This document shows positions 53,431-61,779 of a DNA stretch of 64,000 nt, one piece after another (within the stretch, counting starts at the first letter, position 1; each line of letters begins with the position of its first letter). The stretch is from an uncultured bacterium (GTDB lineage Bacteria > Auribacterota > UBA3054 > JAPLST01), in assembly GCA_964397565.1 (NCBI GenBank), contig CAYNJC010000007.1:5005-69004 (forward strand). Direction: 5' to 3'. Both the position numbers and the translations under genes were made by a program. The notes under the pieces are model-generated. The model worked only from the letters and a program-made list of their open reading frames with translations. It made no database searches and was not told the DNA's origin.

Positions 53431-53557
53431 GGGAGCGATCTCTGTGTCGCGATGGTTAGTTCTGCTTGTGCACCGAATACCGAGCCAGGGAGCGGCCCCC
53501 GCGCCGCAAATGCTGCGTGGTGGCACGAATGTTCATAACAATCTGTAACCACTTGCC

Positions 53558-54769
53558 ATGAGACCAACCATGAAAACAACAACACCCATCACTGCCATCG
53601 CTCTGTCCCTCGCGCTGAGCGCATTCACTGCCGTGGCCGCCGTCACGGTCACCATTCCCAGCCAACCCGTCGTGTCGCCCGAGAAAATCGTGACGATCGG
53701 TTATGATTTGGCAAGTGCCAGTGCGCTGAGCAATGTTGTGGCGGTTAGCATCTCCACCAATGCCGGCGCGTCGTTTTTCAGCACCTGCACGAACTTCATC
53801 GGGGATGTGGGCAACAATGTGGCGACGGGCACGGCCAAGCAGATTCTCTGGTATGCCATGAGAGACACGTTGCCGACCAACAATTATCCCTACACGAGAG
53901 TGCGGGTGTGGGCGTCGGACAGCATGGCGCTGATCCCGGCCGGCCCGTTTCAGATGGGCACGAACAACCTGGCCTATGAATCTCAAATGACGGATGCCGG
54001 GCCGAATCACACGGTGACCCTCGGCGCGTTTTACATGGACAACTATTTGGTGACGTCGCAGCAGTGGCATGAAGTGCGCACCTGGGCGCTTGCGAATGGC
54101 TACACGTTTGGCGCTGGTTCCGGCAAAGCGGCGACGCATCCGGTGCAGACCGTCAGCTGGTATGATTGCGTCAAATGGTGCAATGCGCGCAGCCAGAAAG
54201 AAGACCTGACGCCGTGCTATTATCTGGATGCCGCTCAAACAGTCATATATAAGGCTGGTAACAGTAATGCATGGAACGATGCGGTGAAATGGACTGCGAA
54301 TGGCTATCGCTTGCCGACCGAGGCCGAATGGGAGAAAGCGGCGCGCGGCGGCGCGGTTGGCATGCGCTTCCCGTGGAGCGATGTGCAGACAATCTCGCGT
54401 GCGCAGGCGAATTATTATGGTAATACAACTTATCCATATGACTTAGGCCCGGACGGCTCCAATCCGTTGTTCACGCCGGGCGGCTCTCCCTACACCAGCC
54501 CGGCTGGGTATTTCGCGCCGAATGGCTATGGTTTGTATGACATGGCGGGGAATGTGTTTGAATGGTGCTGGGACTGGTATGGCGGCATCTACTACGCGAG
54601 TTCGCCGGCGAGTGATCCGCGCGGGCCTGCTTCTGGCACCTCTCGCGTGCTGCGCGGCGGCAGTTGGCTCAGCGGCTTCGCCTTCGACTGTCGCGTCGCG
54701 TATCGCTACGGCAACACTCCGGACGAGACGAACTACTACTTTGGCTTGCGGTGTGTGCGGGGGCTTTAG
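53558..54769 (+). CDS. secreted formylglycine-generating-enzyme (FGE-sulfatase/C-type-lectin fold) domain protein
   Basis: Signal peptide MKTTTPITAIALSLALSAFTAVAA, then a ~100-aa beta-rich N-domain, then the PF03781-type pattern MALIPAGPFQMG...GPNHTVTLGAFYMDNYLVTSQQW...THPVQTVSWYDCVKWCNA...YRLPTEAEWEKAARGG...YDMAGNVFEWCWDWY...RVLRGGSW...GLRCV. Confidence 0.85.
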   Translation: MRPTMKTTTPITAIALSLALSAFTAVAAVTVTIPSQPVVSPEKIVTIGYDLASASALSNVVAVSISTNAGASFFSTCTNFIGDVGNNVATGTAKQILWYAMRDTLPTNNYPYTRVRVWASDSMALIPAGPFQMGTNNLAYESQMTDAGPNHTVTLGAFYMDNYLVTSQQWHEVRTWALANGYTFGAGSGKAATHPVQTVSWYDCVKWCNARSQKEDLTPCYYLDAAQTVIYKAGNSNAWNDAVKWTANGYRLPTEAEWEKAARGGAVGMRFPWSDVQTISRAQANYYGNTTYPYDLGPDGSNPLFTPGGSPYTSPAGYFAPNGYGLYDMAGNVFEWCWDWYGGIYYASSPASDPRGPASGTSRVLRGGSWLSGFAFDCRVAYRYGNTPDETNYYFGLRCVRGL

Positions 54770-54797
54770 TGCAGGCTTTTGACGTCTAATGTGTAGA

Positions 54798-54822
54798 AAC
54801 TCCGTTCGCGGCGAACGGAGTT
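54798..54822. other. perfect GC-rich hairpin 29 nt downstream of the FGE-domain gene
   Basis: AACTCCGTTCG-CGG-CGAACGGAGTT: an 11-bp stem with no T-run after it. Confidence 0.7.
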
Positions 54823-54826
54823 AAGG

Positions 54827-54916
54827 TTGGGTAAACTGCCGCGCGACCAGAAGTTTCTGTTGGCTGACCGGATCGAAGTGCAGCGCAAATACAGAGACTA
54901 TATCCGACAGAAGTAA
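54827..54916 (+). pseudogene. 29-codon fragment resembling the helix-2 region of DGR accessory protein Avd (four-helix-bundle superfamily)
   Basis: (TTG)GKLPRDQKFLLADRIEVQRKYRDYIRQK*. LPRDQKFLLADRI resembles the LPRDHKF.LGDRI segment I recall from cyanobacterial Avd proteins and the FPK.E.Y.L motif of IVS proteins. An in-frame TAG lies 33 nt upstream, so only a fragment exists. Confidence 0.3.
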
Positions 54917-54947
54917 CAATACATTCTCGCGCGGCACGATACGTTAT

Positions 54948-54980
54948 AAATTCGTTCGTGCACGAACGAATTTCCTTTTT
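54948..54980 (+). terminator. intrinsic terminator-like palindrome
   Basis: AAATTCGTTCG-TGCA-CGAACGAATTT followed by CCTTTTT. It shares the CGTTCG...CGAACG core with the hairpin at 54798. Confidence 0.55.
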
Positions 54981-54988
54981 GGTATACT
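54980..54988 (+). promoter_or_regulatory. putative extended -10 (TGGTATACT) for purL
   Basis: TGGTATACT, 49 nt upstream of ATG 55037. Confidence 0.4.
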
Positions 54989-55036
54989 TATGCGCGGCGT
55001 TGCCGCCTCGTTTTTAATGACTACCCGAAGTGCTGC

Positions 55037-57325
55037 ATGGTAACACGACTGCCTCAGGACCCGGCCATCACGCCGGCGGTCATCGCCGACCATGGCATGA
55101 CCGCCGAAGAATATCAGCGTGCCTGCGCCATCCTCGGCCGCGAACCAAGCTACACCGAGCTCGGCATTTTCTCGGTGATGTGGTCGGAGCACTGCTCGTA
55201 CAAGAATTCGCGGCGCTTGCTGCGCTCGTTTCCGACAAGCGGCCCGCGCGTGTTGATCAAGGCCGGCGAGGAGAACGCCGGTGTGCTCGATATCGGCGAC
55301 GGTTGGGCGGTCGCGTTCAAGGTCGAATCGCACAATCATCCGTCGGCGGTCGAGCCGTTTCAAGGCGCGGCCACCGGTGTGGGCGGCATTCTGCGTGACA
55401 TTTTCACGATGGGCGCGCGGCCGGTGATCAACATGAATTCGCTGCGCTTTGGCCGGCCGGATACGGCGGCCGTGCGCCATTTGATTGACGGTGTGGTCGG
55501 CGGCATTGCCCATTACGGCAATTGCATGGGCATTCCCACCATCGGCGGCGATGTCTATTTTGACGAGACCTACGAAACAAACTGCCTGGTGAATGCCTTC
55601 AGCTTGGGCGTCATGCGCCATGAAGAATTGCAGCGCGGCTGCGCGACGGGCGTGGGTAATCCGGTGTTTTACGTCGGCGCGGCAACGGGGCGTGACGGCA
55701 TTCACGGCGCAACCTTCGCCTCGACCGAATTGACCGAGGAGTCGGAAGCCAAGCGCAGCTCGGTGCAGGTCGCCGATCCGTTCATGGAGAAACTGTTGCT
55801 CGAAGCGTGCCTTGAATTGTACAAGACCGACTTTGTGGTCGGCATTCAAGACATGGGCGCGGCCGGCTTGACCTGCAGCACCTGCGAAACGGCCTGCCGT
55901 GGCGGGAGCGGGATCGAGATTGATGTCGCCAAAGTGCCGCAACGCGAGCGCGGCATGGTGCCCTACGAAATTCTTTTGTCGGAGAGCCAGGAGCGCATGC
56001 TGGTGATTGTGCGCAAGGGCTGCGAGGCCGACGTGCAGCGCATTTTTGAGAAATGGGATTTGCACGCCGAACAGATTGGTCAGGTCACGGATGACGGCGT
56101 GATGCGCGTGAAATGGAACGGCGTGACGGTTGCGGAAATTCCGGCGCGCGACATTGCCGAGGATGCGCCACTGTACAGCCCGCCGGCGGAACGGCCTGCG
56201 TATCTGAAGACCGTGCATGCCTGGCGGCTCGACGCCGTGCCACAGCCGCGCGACCTGACGGCGGTCCTGACCACGCTGCTGGCCGAGCCGACGATTGGCA
56301 GCAAAAAGATGGTTTATCGGCGCTATGACCATATGGTGCGCACCGGCACGGTGGTGCTGCCCGGCAGTGACGCCGCGGTGTTTTGGTTGAAAGATGCCGA
56401 CAAATATCTGGCATTGTCGGCCGACTGCAACGGGCGCTACTGTTATCTGGAGCCGCGCGTGGGCGCGCGGATCGCGGTCGCGGAGAGTGCGCGCAATGTT
56501 GTCTGTTCCGGCGGCGTGCCGCTGGGTTTGACCGATTGCCTCAATTTCGGCAATCCGCTCAAGCCGGAGATTTACTGGCAACTGACCGAATGCATCGCCG
56601 GCTTGGTCGAAGCCTGCAAAATCTTTGCCACGCCAGTCACCGGTGGCAATGTGAGCTTGTACAATGAAAGCCCCGATGGCGCGATTGATCCGACGCCGCT
56701 GGTCGTGATGGTCGGGCAAATTGCCTGCGCCGAGCACATCACCACGCAGTGGTTCAAGCAGGCCGGCGACATGATTGTGGTGCTGGACGGGCGGCAGGAT
56801 GATCCGTTGCACGGTGTGGGCGGCAGCGAGTATTTGCGGCGCACGCACCAACTGAAGACCGGCACGGCGCCGGTGATGGACCTGGCCAAAGAAAAAGCGC
56901 TGCAGGACTGCTGCCTGGCGGCGATTCGCCAAGGACTGCTTGCGTCGGCCCACGACTGCGCGGAAGGCGGGCTGGCCGTCGCACTGGCTGAATGTTGCTT
57001 TACAATGCCGGCCGACCATGTGCGCGCCATGCCGGCGCCACTGGGCGCGCGGATTGATGTGGCCGAACTACGCGCCACCTGTCCGCGTCTGGACGCCTTG
57101 TTGTTTGGCGAGCAGCAGTCGCGCATCGTGGTGAGCGCTGCGCCGGCGCAGGTCGAAACGCTGCGCGCACTGGCGGCCCAACATGGCGTGGCAGCAGTGA
57201 CGCTCGGCATCGTCGGCGGCGACACACTGCAGGTTAACGATGGCAAGAAGGTGCTGATCACTGCGCCGGTCACGCAGCTTAAGCATGTGTGGGATACCGC
57301 GCTTGATAGATTCTTTGCGCACTAA
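55037..57325 (+). CDS. purL: phosphoribosylformylglycinamidine synthase subunit PurL (FGAM synthase II)
   Basis: [55 protein letters not shown] and GNP...[12 protein letters not shown] are present, at 762 aa. This is the canonical small-type PurL. Confidence 0.95.
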   Translation: MVTRLPQDPAITPAVIADHGMTAEEYQRACAILGREPSYTELGIFSVMWSEHCSYKNSRRLLRSFPTSGPRVLIKAGEENAGVLDIGDGWAVAFKVESHNHPSAVEPFQGAATGVGGILRDIFTMGARPVINMNSLRFGRPDTAAVRHLIDGVVGGIAHYGNCMGIPTIGGDVYFDETYETNCLVNAFSLGVMRHEELQRGCATGVGNPVFYVGAATGRDGIHGATFASTELTEESEAKRSSVQVADPFMEKLLLEACLELYKTDFVVGIQDMGAAGLTCSTCETACRGGSGIEIDVAKVPQRERGMVPYEILLSESQERMLVIVRKGCEADVQRIFEKWDLHAEQIGQVTDDGVMRVKWNGVTVAEIPARDIAEDAPLYSPPAERPAYLKTVHAWRLDAVPQPRDLTAVLTTLLAEPTIGSKKMVYRRYDHMVRTGTVVLPGSDAAVFWLKDADKYLALSADCNGRYCYLEPRVGARIAVAESARNVVCSGGVPLGLTDCLNFGNPLKPEIYWQLTECIAGLVEACKIFATPVTGGNVSLYNESPDGAIDPTPLVVMVGQIACAEHITTQWFKQAGDMIVVLDGRQDDPLHGVGGSEYLRRTHQLKTGTAPVMDLAKEKALQDCCLAAIRQGLLASAHDCAEGGLAVALAECCFTMPADHVRAMPAPLGARIDVAELRATCPRLDALLFGEQQSRIVVSAAPAQVETLRALAAQHGVAAVTLGIVGGDTLQVNDGKKVLITAPVTQLKHVWDTALDRFFAH

Positions 57326-57418
57326 GTGCCGAATGTTGAATAGTGAATTTCAAATAGTGAATGCCACAGCGAGCTTCACGCCGCACCCTAGATTCTTTCG
57401 CCACGAAAGAATTCCCTC

Positions 57419-59017
57419 ATGAAACAGATCCTATCAGCGGAAGAAATCAGCGCGGAGCACCCCGACTATCTGCGCGATGAATCGCGCGTGACGGCGGCGC
57501 GTGCCGATGCGCTGGTGTGGCCGGAAACCGAAGCGGACGTGCTGACCGCGCTGGCCTTGGCGCGCGCGCACGGCTGGCCGGTGACTGTCTCGGCGGCGCG
57601 CACAGGCATTGTCGCCGCCGCGGTGCCGCTCAGCGGCGGCATGGTGCTGTCGCTCGAACAAATGTCCATGCAGAAAGAATTGGTGCATCATCCCGACACG
57701 GACACCTGGAGTCTGATTGTCGAGCCGGGTGCCTTGTTATGCGGCATTCAAGAGAGCCTGGACAATAATTTCTATTTCTACACCAGCCGCTGGCCGGAAC
57801 GCGCGCAAGCCGCCGTGGCGCTGCTGAAAGAACGCACGCTTCGTCTGTTCTATCCACCCGACCCGACCGAGATGTCCGCGACCATTGGTGGCACGGTCGC
57901 GACGAATGCATCCGGCGCGCGCACGTTCAAGTATGGCGCGACCCGCCCGTTTGTGCGCCGGCTGCGCGTGGCGCTGGCGGACGGCACAGTGCTCGATATT
58001 CCGCGCGGCAACGTGTTTGCGCGCGACGGCGTGCTGACCATTCCGCCAGAACTTGTGGTAGTAGGGGAGCCGCGCAATTACTGTATTCCGCTTCCTTCCT
58101 ACAGCATGCCGGCGACCAAGCATTGCGCCGGCTATTATGCCGCGCCGGCGATGGACCTGATTGACCTGTTCATCGGCAGTGAAGGCACACTGGGCGTCAT
58201 TGCCGAGATTGAAATAGATGTGGTAGTGCGCGTCAAGGCGCGGCTGAGCATCATGGCGTTCTTCGCCAGCGAACCACAGGCGCTTGATTTTGTCGTGGCC
58301 TTGCGCGCTGCGATCCGGCAAGGCATCTTCGACGTCGAGGCGCTCGAGTATTTCGGCGCCAGTGCGCTGCAAGTATTGCGCGACCGGCGCACACCGTCGG
58401 ACAAGACCATTCCGGACATCCCGCCGGCGGATGCGGCTGTGTTTGCGGAGTTTGCCATTAGTGCGGATGCGATGGAAGCCGCGATGGAGCTGCTTGAACA
58501 ATATCTCATTTGCCATGGCTCGTCCACCGAAACGGCGTGGGCCGGCATGGATGACGCCGAGATACAAAAGATGAAACTGGTGCGGCACGCCGTGCCGGAA
58601 ACGATCAACCAGATGATTGGCGAGCGCAAGCGCACACTGCCGGCGCTGCACAAGATCGCGACCGATCTGGCCGTGCCGGATGAGCAGTTGCACGCGATCA
58701 TGCAGTATTACCACGAACAGTTGGACAACACCGGCCTGCAATATGTTATGTTTGGGCACATCGGCAACAATCATCTGCACGTCAACATCCTGCCGCGCGA
58801 CGAGGCCGAGCTGGCGCGTGCAAAGCAGTTGTACCGCGCGTTCGCGGAGAAGGCGATAGCGCTGAACGGCACGGTCGCGGCAGAACACGGCATTGGCAAG
58901 TTGAAGCGCGAATGTTTGCGCAGCATGTTTGGTGACGAGGGCATTGCGCAGATGCGCGCGGTGAAGCACGCGCTCGACCCAAGCGGCATGCTGAATCCTG
59001 GGGCGCTGTTTGCGTGA
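57419..59017 (+). CDS. FAD-linked oxidase (GlcD/D-lactate dehydrogenase-like FAD_binding_4 family)
   Basis: The N-terminal FAD-binding region reads VWPETEADVLTALALARAHGWPVTVSAARTGIVAAAVP. GGTVATNASGAR and the C-terminal motif FGHIGNNHLHVNILP...EHGIGKLK are also present. Confidence 0.75.
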   Translation: MKQILSAEEISAEHPDYLRDESRVTAARADALVWPETEADVLTALALARAHGWPVTVSAARTGIVAAAVPLSGGMVLSLEQMSMQKELVHHPDTDTWSLIVEPGALLCGIQESLDNNFYFYTSRWPERAQAAVALLKERTLRLFYPPDPTEMSATIGGTVATNASGARTFKYGATRPFVRRLRVALADGTVLDIPRGNVFARDGVLTIPPELVVVGEPRNYCIPLPSYSMPATKHCAGYYAAPAMDLIDLFIGSEGTLGVIAEIEIDVVVRVKARLSIMAFFASEPQALDFVVALRAAIRQGIFDVEALEYFGASALQVLRDRRTPSDKTIPDIPPADAAVFAEFAISADAMEAAMELLEQYLICHGSSTETAWAGMDDAEIQKMKLVRHAVPETINQMIGERKRTLPALHKIATDLAVPDEQLHAIMQYYHEQLDNTGLQYVMFGHIGNNHLHVNILPRDEAELARAKQLYRAFAEKAIALNGTVAAEHGIGKLKRECLRSMFGDEGIAQMRAVKHALDPSGMLNPGALFA

Positions 59018-59042
59018 AGCGTTCACGGTTCATCGTTCATAG

Positions 59043-59171
59043 TTACTAATGAATGCGCTAACTAGGTGTCATGCCAATTGTGGCCGCGGGCGCTGACCGT
59101 GGCTGCAGAAGCCGCCCTCGCCGCGGGCGGCTACAAGGACGCTGCAAAGTAGAAAGCGCATTCATTAGTAA
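59043..59171. repeat. MITE-like / structured element with 17-bp perfect terminal inverted repeats
   Basis: TTACTAATGAATGCGCT (59043-59059) pairs with AGCGCATTCATTAGTAA (59155-59171), 95 nt apart. The flanks extend the pairing imperfectly (CGTTCA / TGAACG). An inner hairpin is GCCGCCC-TCGCCGC-GGGCGGC (59111-59131). Confidence 0.55.
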
Positions 59172-59204
59172 GCGTTGAACGTTGACAAATGAGAAGTGAC
59201 CGAT

Positions 59205-59245
59205 GATCCCGCCAGTGGCGGATCCACGCCGGTGGCGGGATCGCC
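59205..59245. repeat. two H-family palindrome variants
   Basis: GATCCCGCCAGTGGCGGATC (59205-59224) and CCACGCCGGTGGCGGGATCGCC (59224-59245). Confidence 0.6.
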
Positions 59246-59301
59246 GCCTTTGACGGGACTAGGCTGGTGCCTTAGCTAGCCGAGCCAGTTCCAAGCAGCC
59301 A

Positions 59302-59961
59302 ATGACCACTGACCATTCGAAAGAAGGCAAGCAAACCACGCCGCCGCCGTGGTTGACCTGGGCGCGGGCGTTGCAGGCGCTCAGCCAGACCGGCTTGCAT
59401 TTCACCGACAATCCGTATGAGCGCGACCGCTACGAGCAGATCGGCGTCATCGCCGCCGAAATGTTGGCGCAGCATACCACCATGCCCGTGCACGACGTGC
59501 TGGCGATGCATGCTAAGGAACACGGTTATGCGACGCCGAAAGTTGATGTGCGCGGCGCAGTCTTTCGCGACGACAAAATCCTGCTGGTGCGCGAAACGCT
59601 GGACAATGGGCGCTGGACACTGCCAGGTGGTTGGGCGGATGTGAACGAAACGCCGGCGCAGGCCGTGGTGCGCGAGATTCGCGAAGAGGCCGGCTTTGAC
59701 GCGACGGTCACGAAAGTCATTGCCGTGTATGATCGCGATGCGCAGGGCCACACGCCGCTGATGCCATATCATGTTTATAAATTGTTTTTCCTATGCGCGC
59801 TGACCGGCGGCGCGCCGTGCGACTCGCACGAGACCAGTGGCGCGGCGTTCTTCGCCGAAGATGCGCTGCCGGAGTTGTCGCACTCGCGGGTGACCCCGCA
59901 GGAACTGCGACGATGCTTTGCACACTCCCGCCAACCATCCTTGGCGACGGACTGTGATTAA
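59302..59961 (+). CDS. NUDIX hydrolase with N-terminal Nudix_N_2-type helical domain
   Basis: The N-terminus reads [28 protein letters not shown]. The Nudix box is [24 protein letters not shown]. Confidence 0.85.
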   Translation: MTTDHSKEGKQTTPPPWLTWARALQALSQTGLHFTDNPYERDRYEQIGVIAAEMLAQHTTMPVHDVLAMHAKEHGYATPKVDVRGAVFRDDKILLVRETLDNGRWTLPGGWADVNETPAQAVVREIREEAGFDATVTKVIAVYDRDAQGHTPLMPYHVYKLFFLCALTGGAPCDSHETSGAAFFAEDALPELSHSRVTPQELRRCFAHSRQPSLATDCD

Positions 59962-59982
59962 CAGGTAACGAAGGAGCAAGCT

Positions 59983-60393
59983 ATGTGGCGGTGTCTCGAA
60001 TGTAGTTCCATTTGTGATACGCATGCGGCGTTGTGCGACAAATGTGGCGCGGAACACGGAACGGGAGTAGATCTGACGCCCACCGAAAAACAGGTGCTGC
60101 AGGATTTCCTTGCGCAGCAGCGCGGCACAGGACCGGCGACGGTAAAGGCTTCGCGCATTGTGCGCATGGGTGTCTGGACGTGCGGTGGTGCGGTGGTGGT
60201 GTGGCTGTTGGCGTGCTTTCTGGCGCAGCCACCGATGGCGGACGAAACGCCACTGCTGATCCGCATGGCGTTATACAACGCGCTATCCACATTGTCGTTT
60301 ACCGCGTTTGTGGTTGGTGGTTGTGGCATCCTATTGTCCTTGGGCATCTCGTTGTGGCATGAAAAGGCGGGCGAACGAAAAGATGCGTGGTGA
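59983..60393 (+). CDS. hypothetical zinc-ribbon membrane protein
   Basis: AGGAG SD. The N-terminus is MWRCLECSSICDTHAALCDKCG (CxxC...CxxC), followed by two TM segments (VWTCGGAVVVWLLACFLA, FTAFVVGGCGILLSLGISLW). Confidence 0.6.
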   Translation: MWRCLECSSICDTHAALCDKCGAEHGTGVDLTPTEKQVLQDFLAQQRGTGPATVKASRIVRMGVWTCGGAVVVWLLACFLAQPPMADETPLLIRMALYNALSTLSFTAFVVGGCGILLSLGISLWHEKAGERKDAW

Positions 60394-60521
60394 GTAATCC
60401 GCGTGCAGCCACAACAGCGCCTGCACTAGTAGCCGCCGTGTCGGGGTAACATTCGTCGCACGGAGGCGGCTCCCACATTACTCTGCGGCAGCTAGTGTCG
60501 CAGTCAGCGCCTGGTGCTTCA

Positions 60522-60553
60522 ACCGCAAACTGAAAACCGCAAACTGAAAACGG
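60522..60553. repeat. W module array (2 x CCGCAAACTGAAAA)
   Basis: ACCGCAAACTGAAAACCGCAAACTGAAAACGG lies in the convergent spacer, 4 nt from the stop of the flavoprotein gene (60558). Confidence 0.85.
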
Positions 60554-60557
60554 ATCT

Positions 60558-61736
60558 TCACACATTCTGCCCGGCGACAAAGCCGGACGACCACGCCCAC
60601 TGTAGATTGTAGCCGCCAAGCTGGCCGGCGACATCCAGCACTTCACCGACGAAAAACAAGCCGGGCACCGCGCGCGCTTCCATAGTCTTGGATGACACCG
60701 CCGCCGTGTCCACGCCGCCCACCGTCACTTCCGCAAGGTCATAGCCAAGTGTGGCCTCGGGCGTGATCTGCCAGTGTTGCAGGGCGGCGACGCTGCGCGT
60801 CATCTCTGCGCGACTGAACTGGGCCAGCGGTTTGGTGGGCAGGCCATGCAGGTCGCAAACGGTGTGCGCCACGCGGCGGGGCAAAAAGCGCGCCAGCCAT
60901 TGCGCCAGCGGCATATAGGCATCGCGACGCAGCGCCAACTCGTGTGCCACATCAAGGTCGGGCAGGAGATTCACCATGAGCGCCTGGCCGGGTTGCCAGT
61001 AGGAGGAAATTTGCAGCGCAGCCGGCCCGCTCAAACCGTGGTGCGTGAAAAGCAGATCATCGCAGAATACGTGCTGCGCGCAGCCGAGCTTGGCGCGGAC
61101 GGCAATGCCGCTCAATGCGGCCAGGTGCGTGCGTTCCGGCTGGCGCACACGCAGAGGCACCAGGCCGGGATGCGTGGCGATGAGCGGCACCCCGAATTGC
61201 ACTGCGAGGGTATAGCCAAACGACGTTGCGCCGCACTGCGGATACGCCAGCCCGCCGGTGGCGACAACCACCCGGGTCGCGTGGATGACACCCTGCGACG
61301 TGTGCGCGACAAAGTCTGCCTGCTTCTCGAGGCGCTCGAGCTTTATGCCAAGCATGCAGCGCACGCCGGCCTGCTCGCAGTCATGCCACAATGCCTGCAC
61401 AATCTGCGCGGCGCCATGGCAGGTGAACAACTGGCCGGCCGTGCGCTCTTCACAGGCAATCTGGTGGGCTTCGATCCAGGCCACGAAATCCGCTGCGGAA
61501 TATTGCGCCAGGGCCGACACGCAGAACCGTGGATTGGCGGACAGATAGTGTTCGCGGCGCACGGCCCGATTGGTGAAATTGCATTTGCCGCCGCCGGAGA
61601 GCAAAATCTTTCGGCCGGGCTCGGGCGCGTGATCGAGCATCAGCACGCGCCGGCCGCGCGCGCCGGCGGTCTTGGCGCAGAACAGGCCAGCCGCGCCCGC
61701 GCCGAGGATCAGCACGTCAACCGTGATGGGGAACAT
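60558..61736 (-). CDS. HI0933/BaiN-like NAD(P)/FAD-dependent oxidoreductase
   Basis: VLILGAGAAGLFCA..AG.RGRRVLMLDHA...GRKILLSGGGKCNFTN and the C-terminal GEVLDVAGQLGGYNLQWAWSSG are hallmarks of the HI0933-like family. Confidence 0.85.
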   Translation of the reverse strand: MFPITVDVLILGAGAAGLFCAKTAGARGRRVLMLDHAPEPGRKILLSGGGKCNFTNRAVRREHYLSANPRFCVSALAQYSAADFVAWIEAHQIACEERTAGQLFTCHGAAQIVQALWHDCEQAGVRCMLGIKLERLEKQADFVAHTSQGVIHATRVVVATGGLAYPQCGATSFGYTLAVQFGVPLIATHPGLVPLRVRQPERTHLAALSGIAVRAKLGCAQHVFCDDLLFTHHGLSGPAALQISSYWQPGQALMVNLLPDLDVAHELALRRDAYMPLAQWLARFLPRRVAHTVCDLHGLPTKPLAQFSRAEMTRSVAALQHWQITPEATLGYDLAEVTVGGVDTAAVSSKTMEARAVPGLFFVGEVLDVAGQLGGYNLQWAWSSGFVAGQNV

Positions 61737-61779
61737 GGTGGGTGATGTGAGATGTGAGATCTAAACTGTGAGAGTGAAA

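Noticed and set aside
53558-55036. Active diversity-generating retroelement
   Set aside because: No reverse transcriptase (no YxDD-type ORF) and no template repeat matching the putative VR exist anywhere in the 64 kb, and the Avd-like ORF is a 29-codon fragment. Only a relic or remote-VR interpretation is tenable.
54944-57019. 691-aa minus-strand ORF opposite purL
   Set aside because: Antisense shadow of a canonical purL.
57737-59026. 429-aa minus-strand ORF opposite the FAD-linked oxidase
   Set aside because: Antisense shadow with no motifs. The plus frame carries the FAD_binding_4 and GHIGNNHLH motifs.
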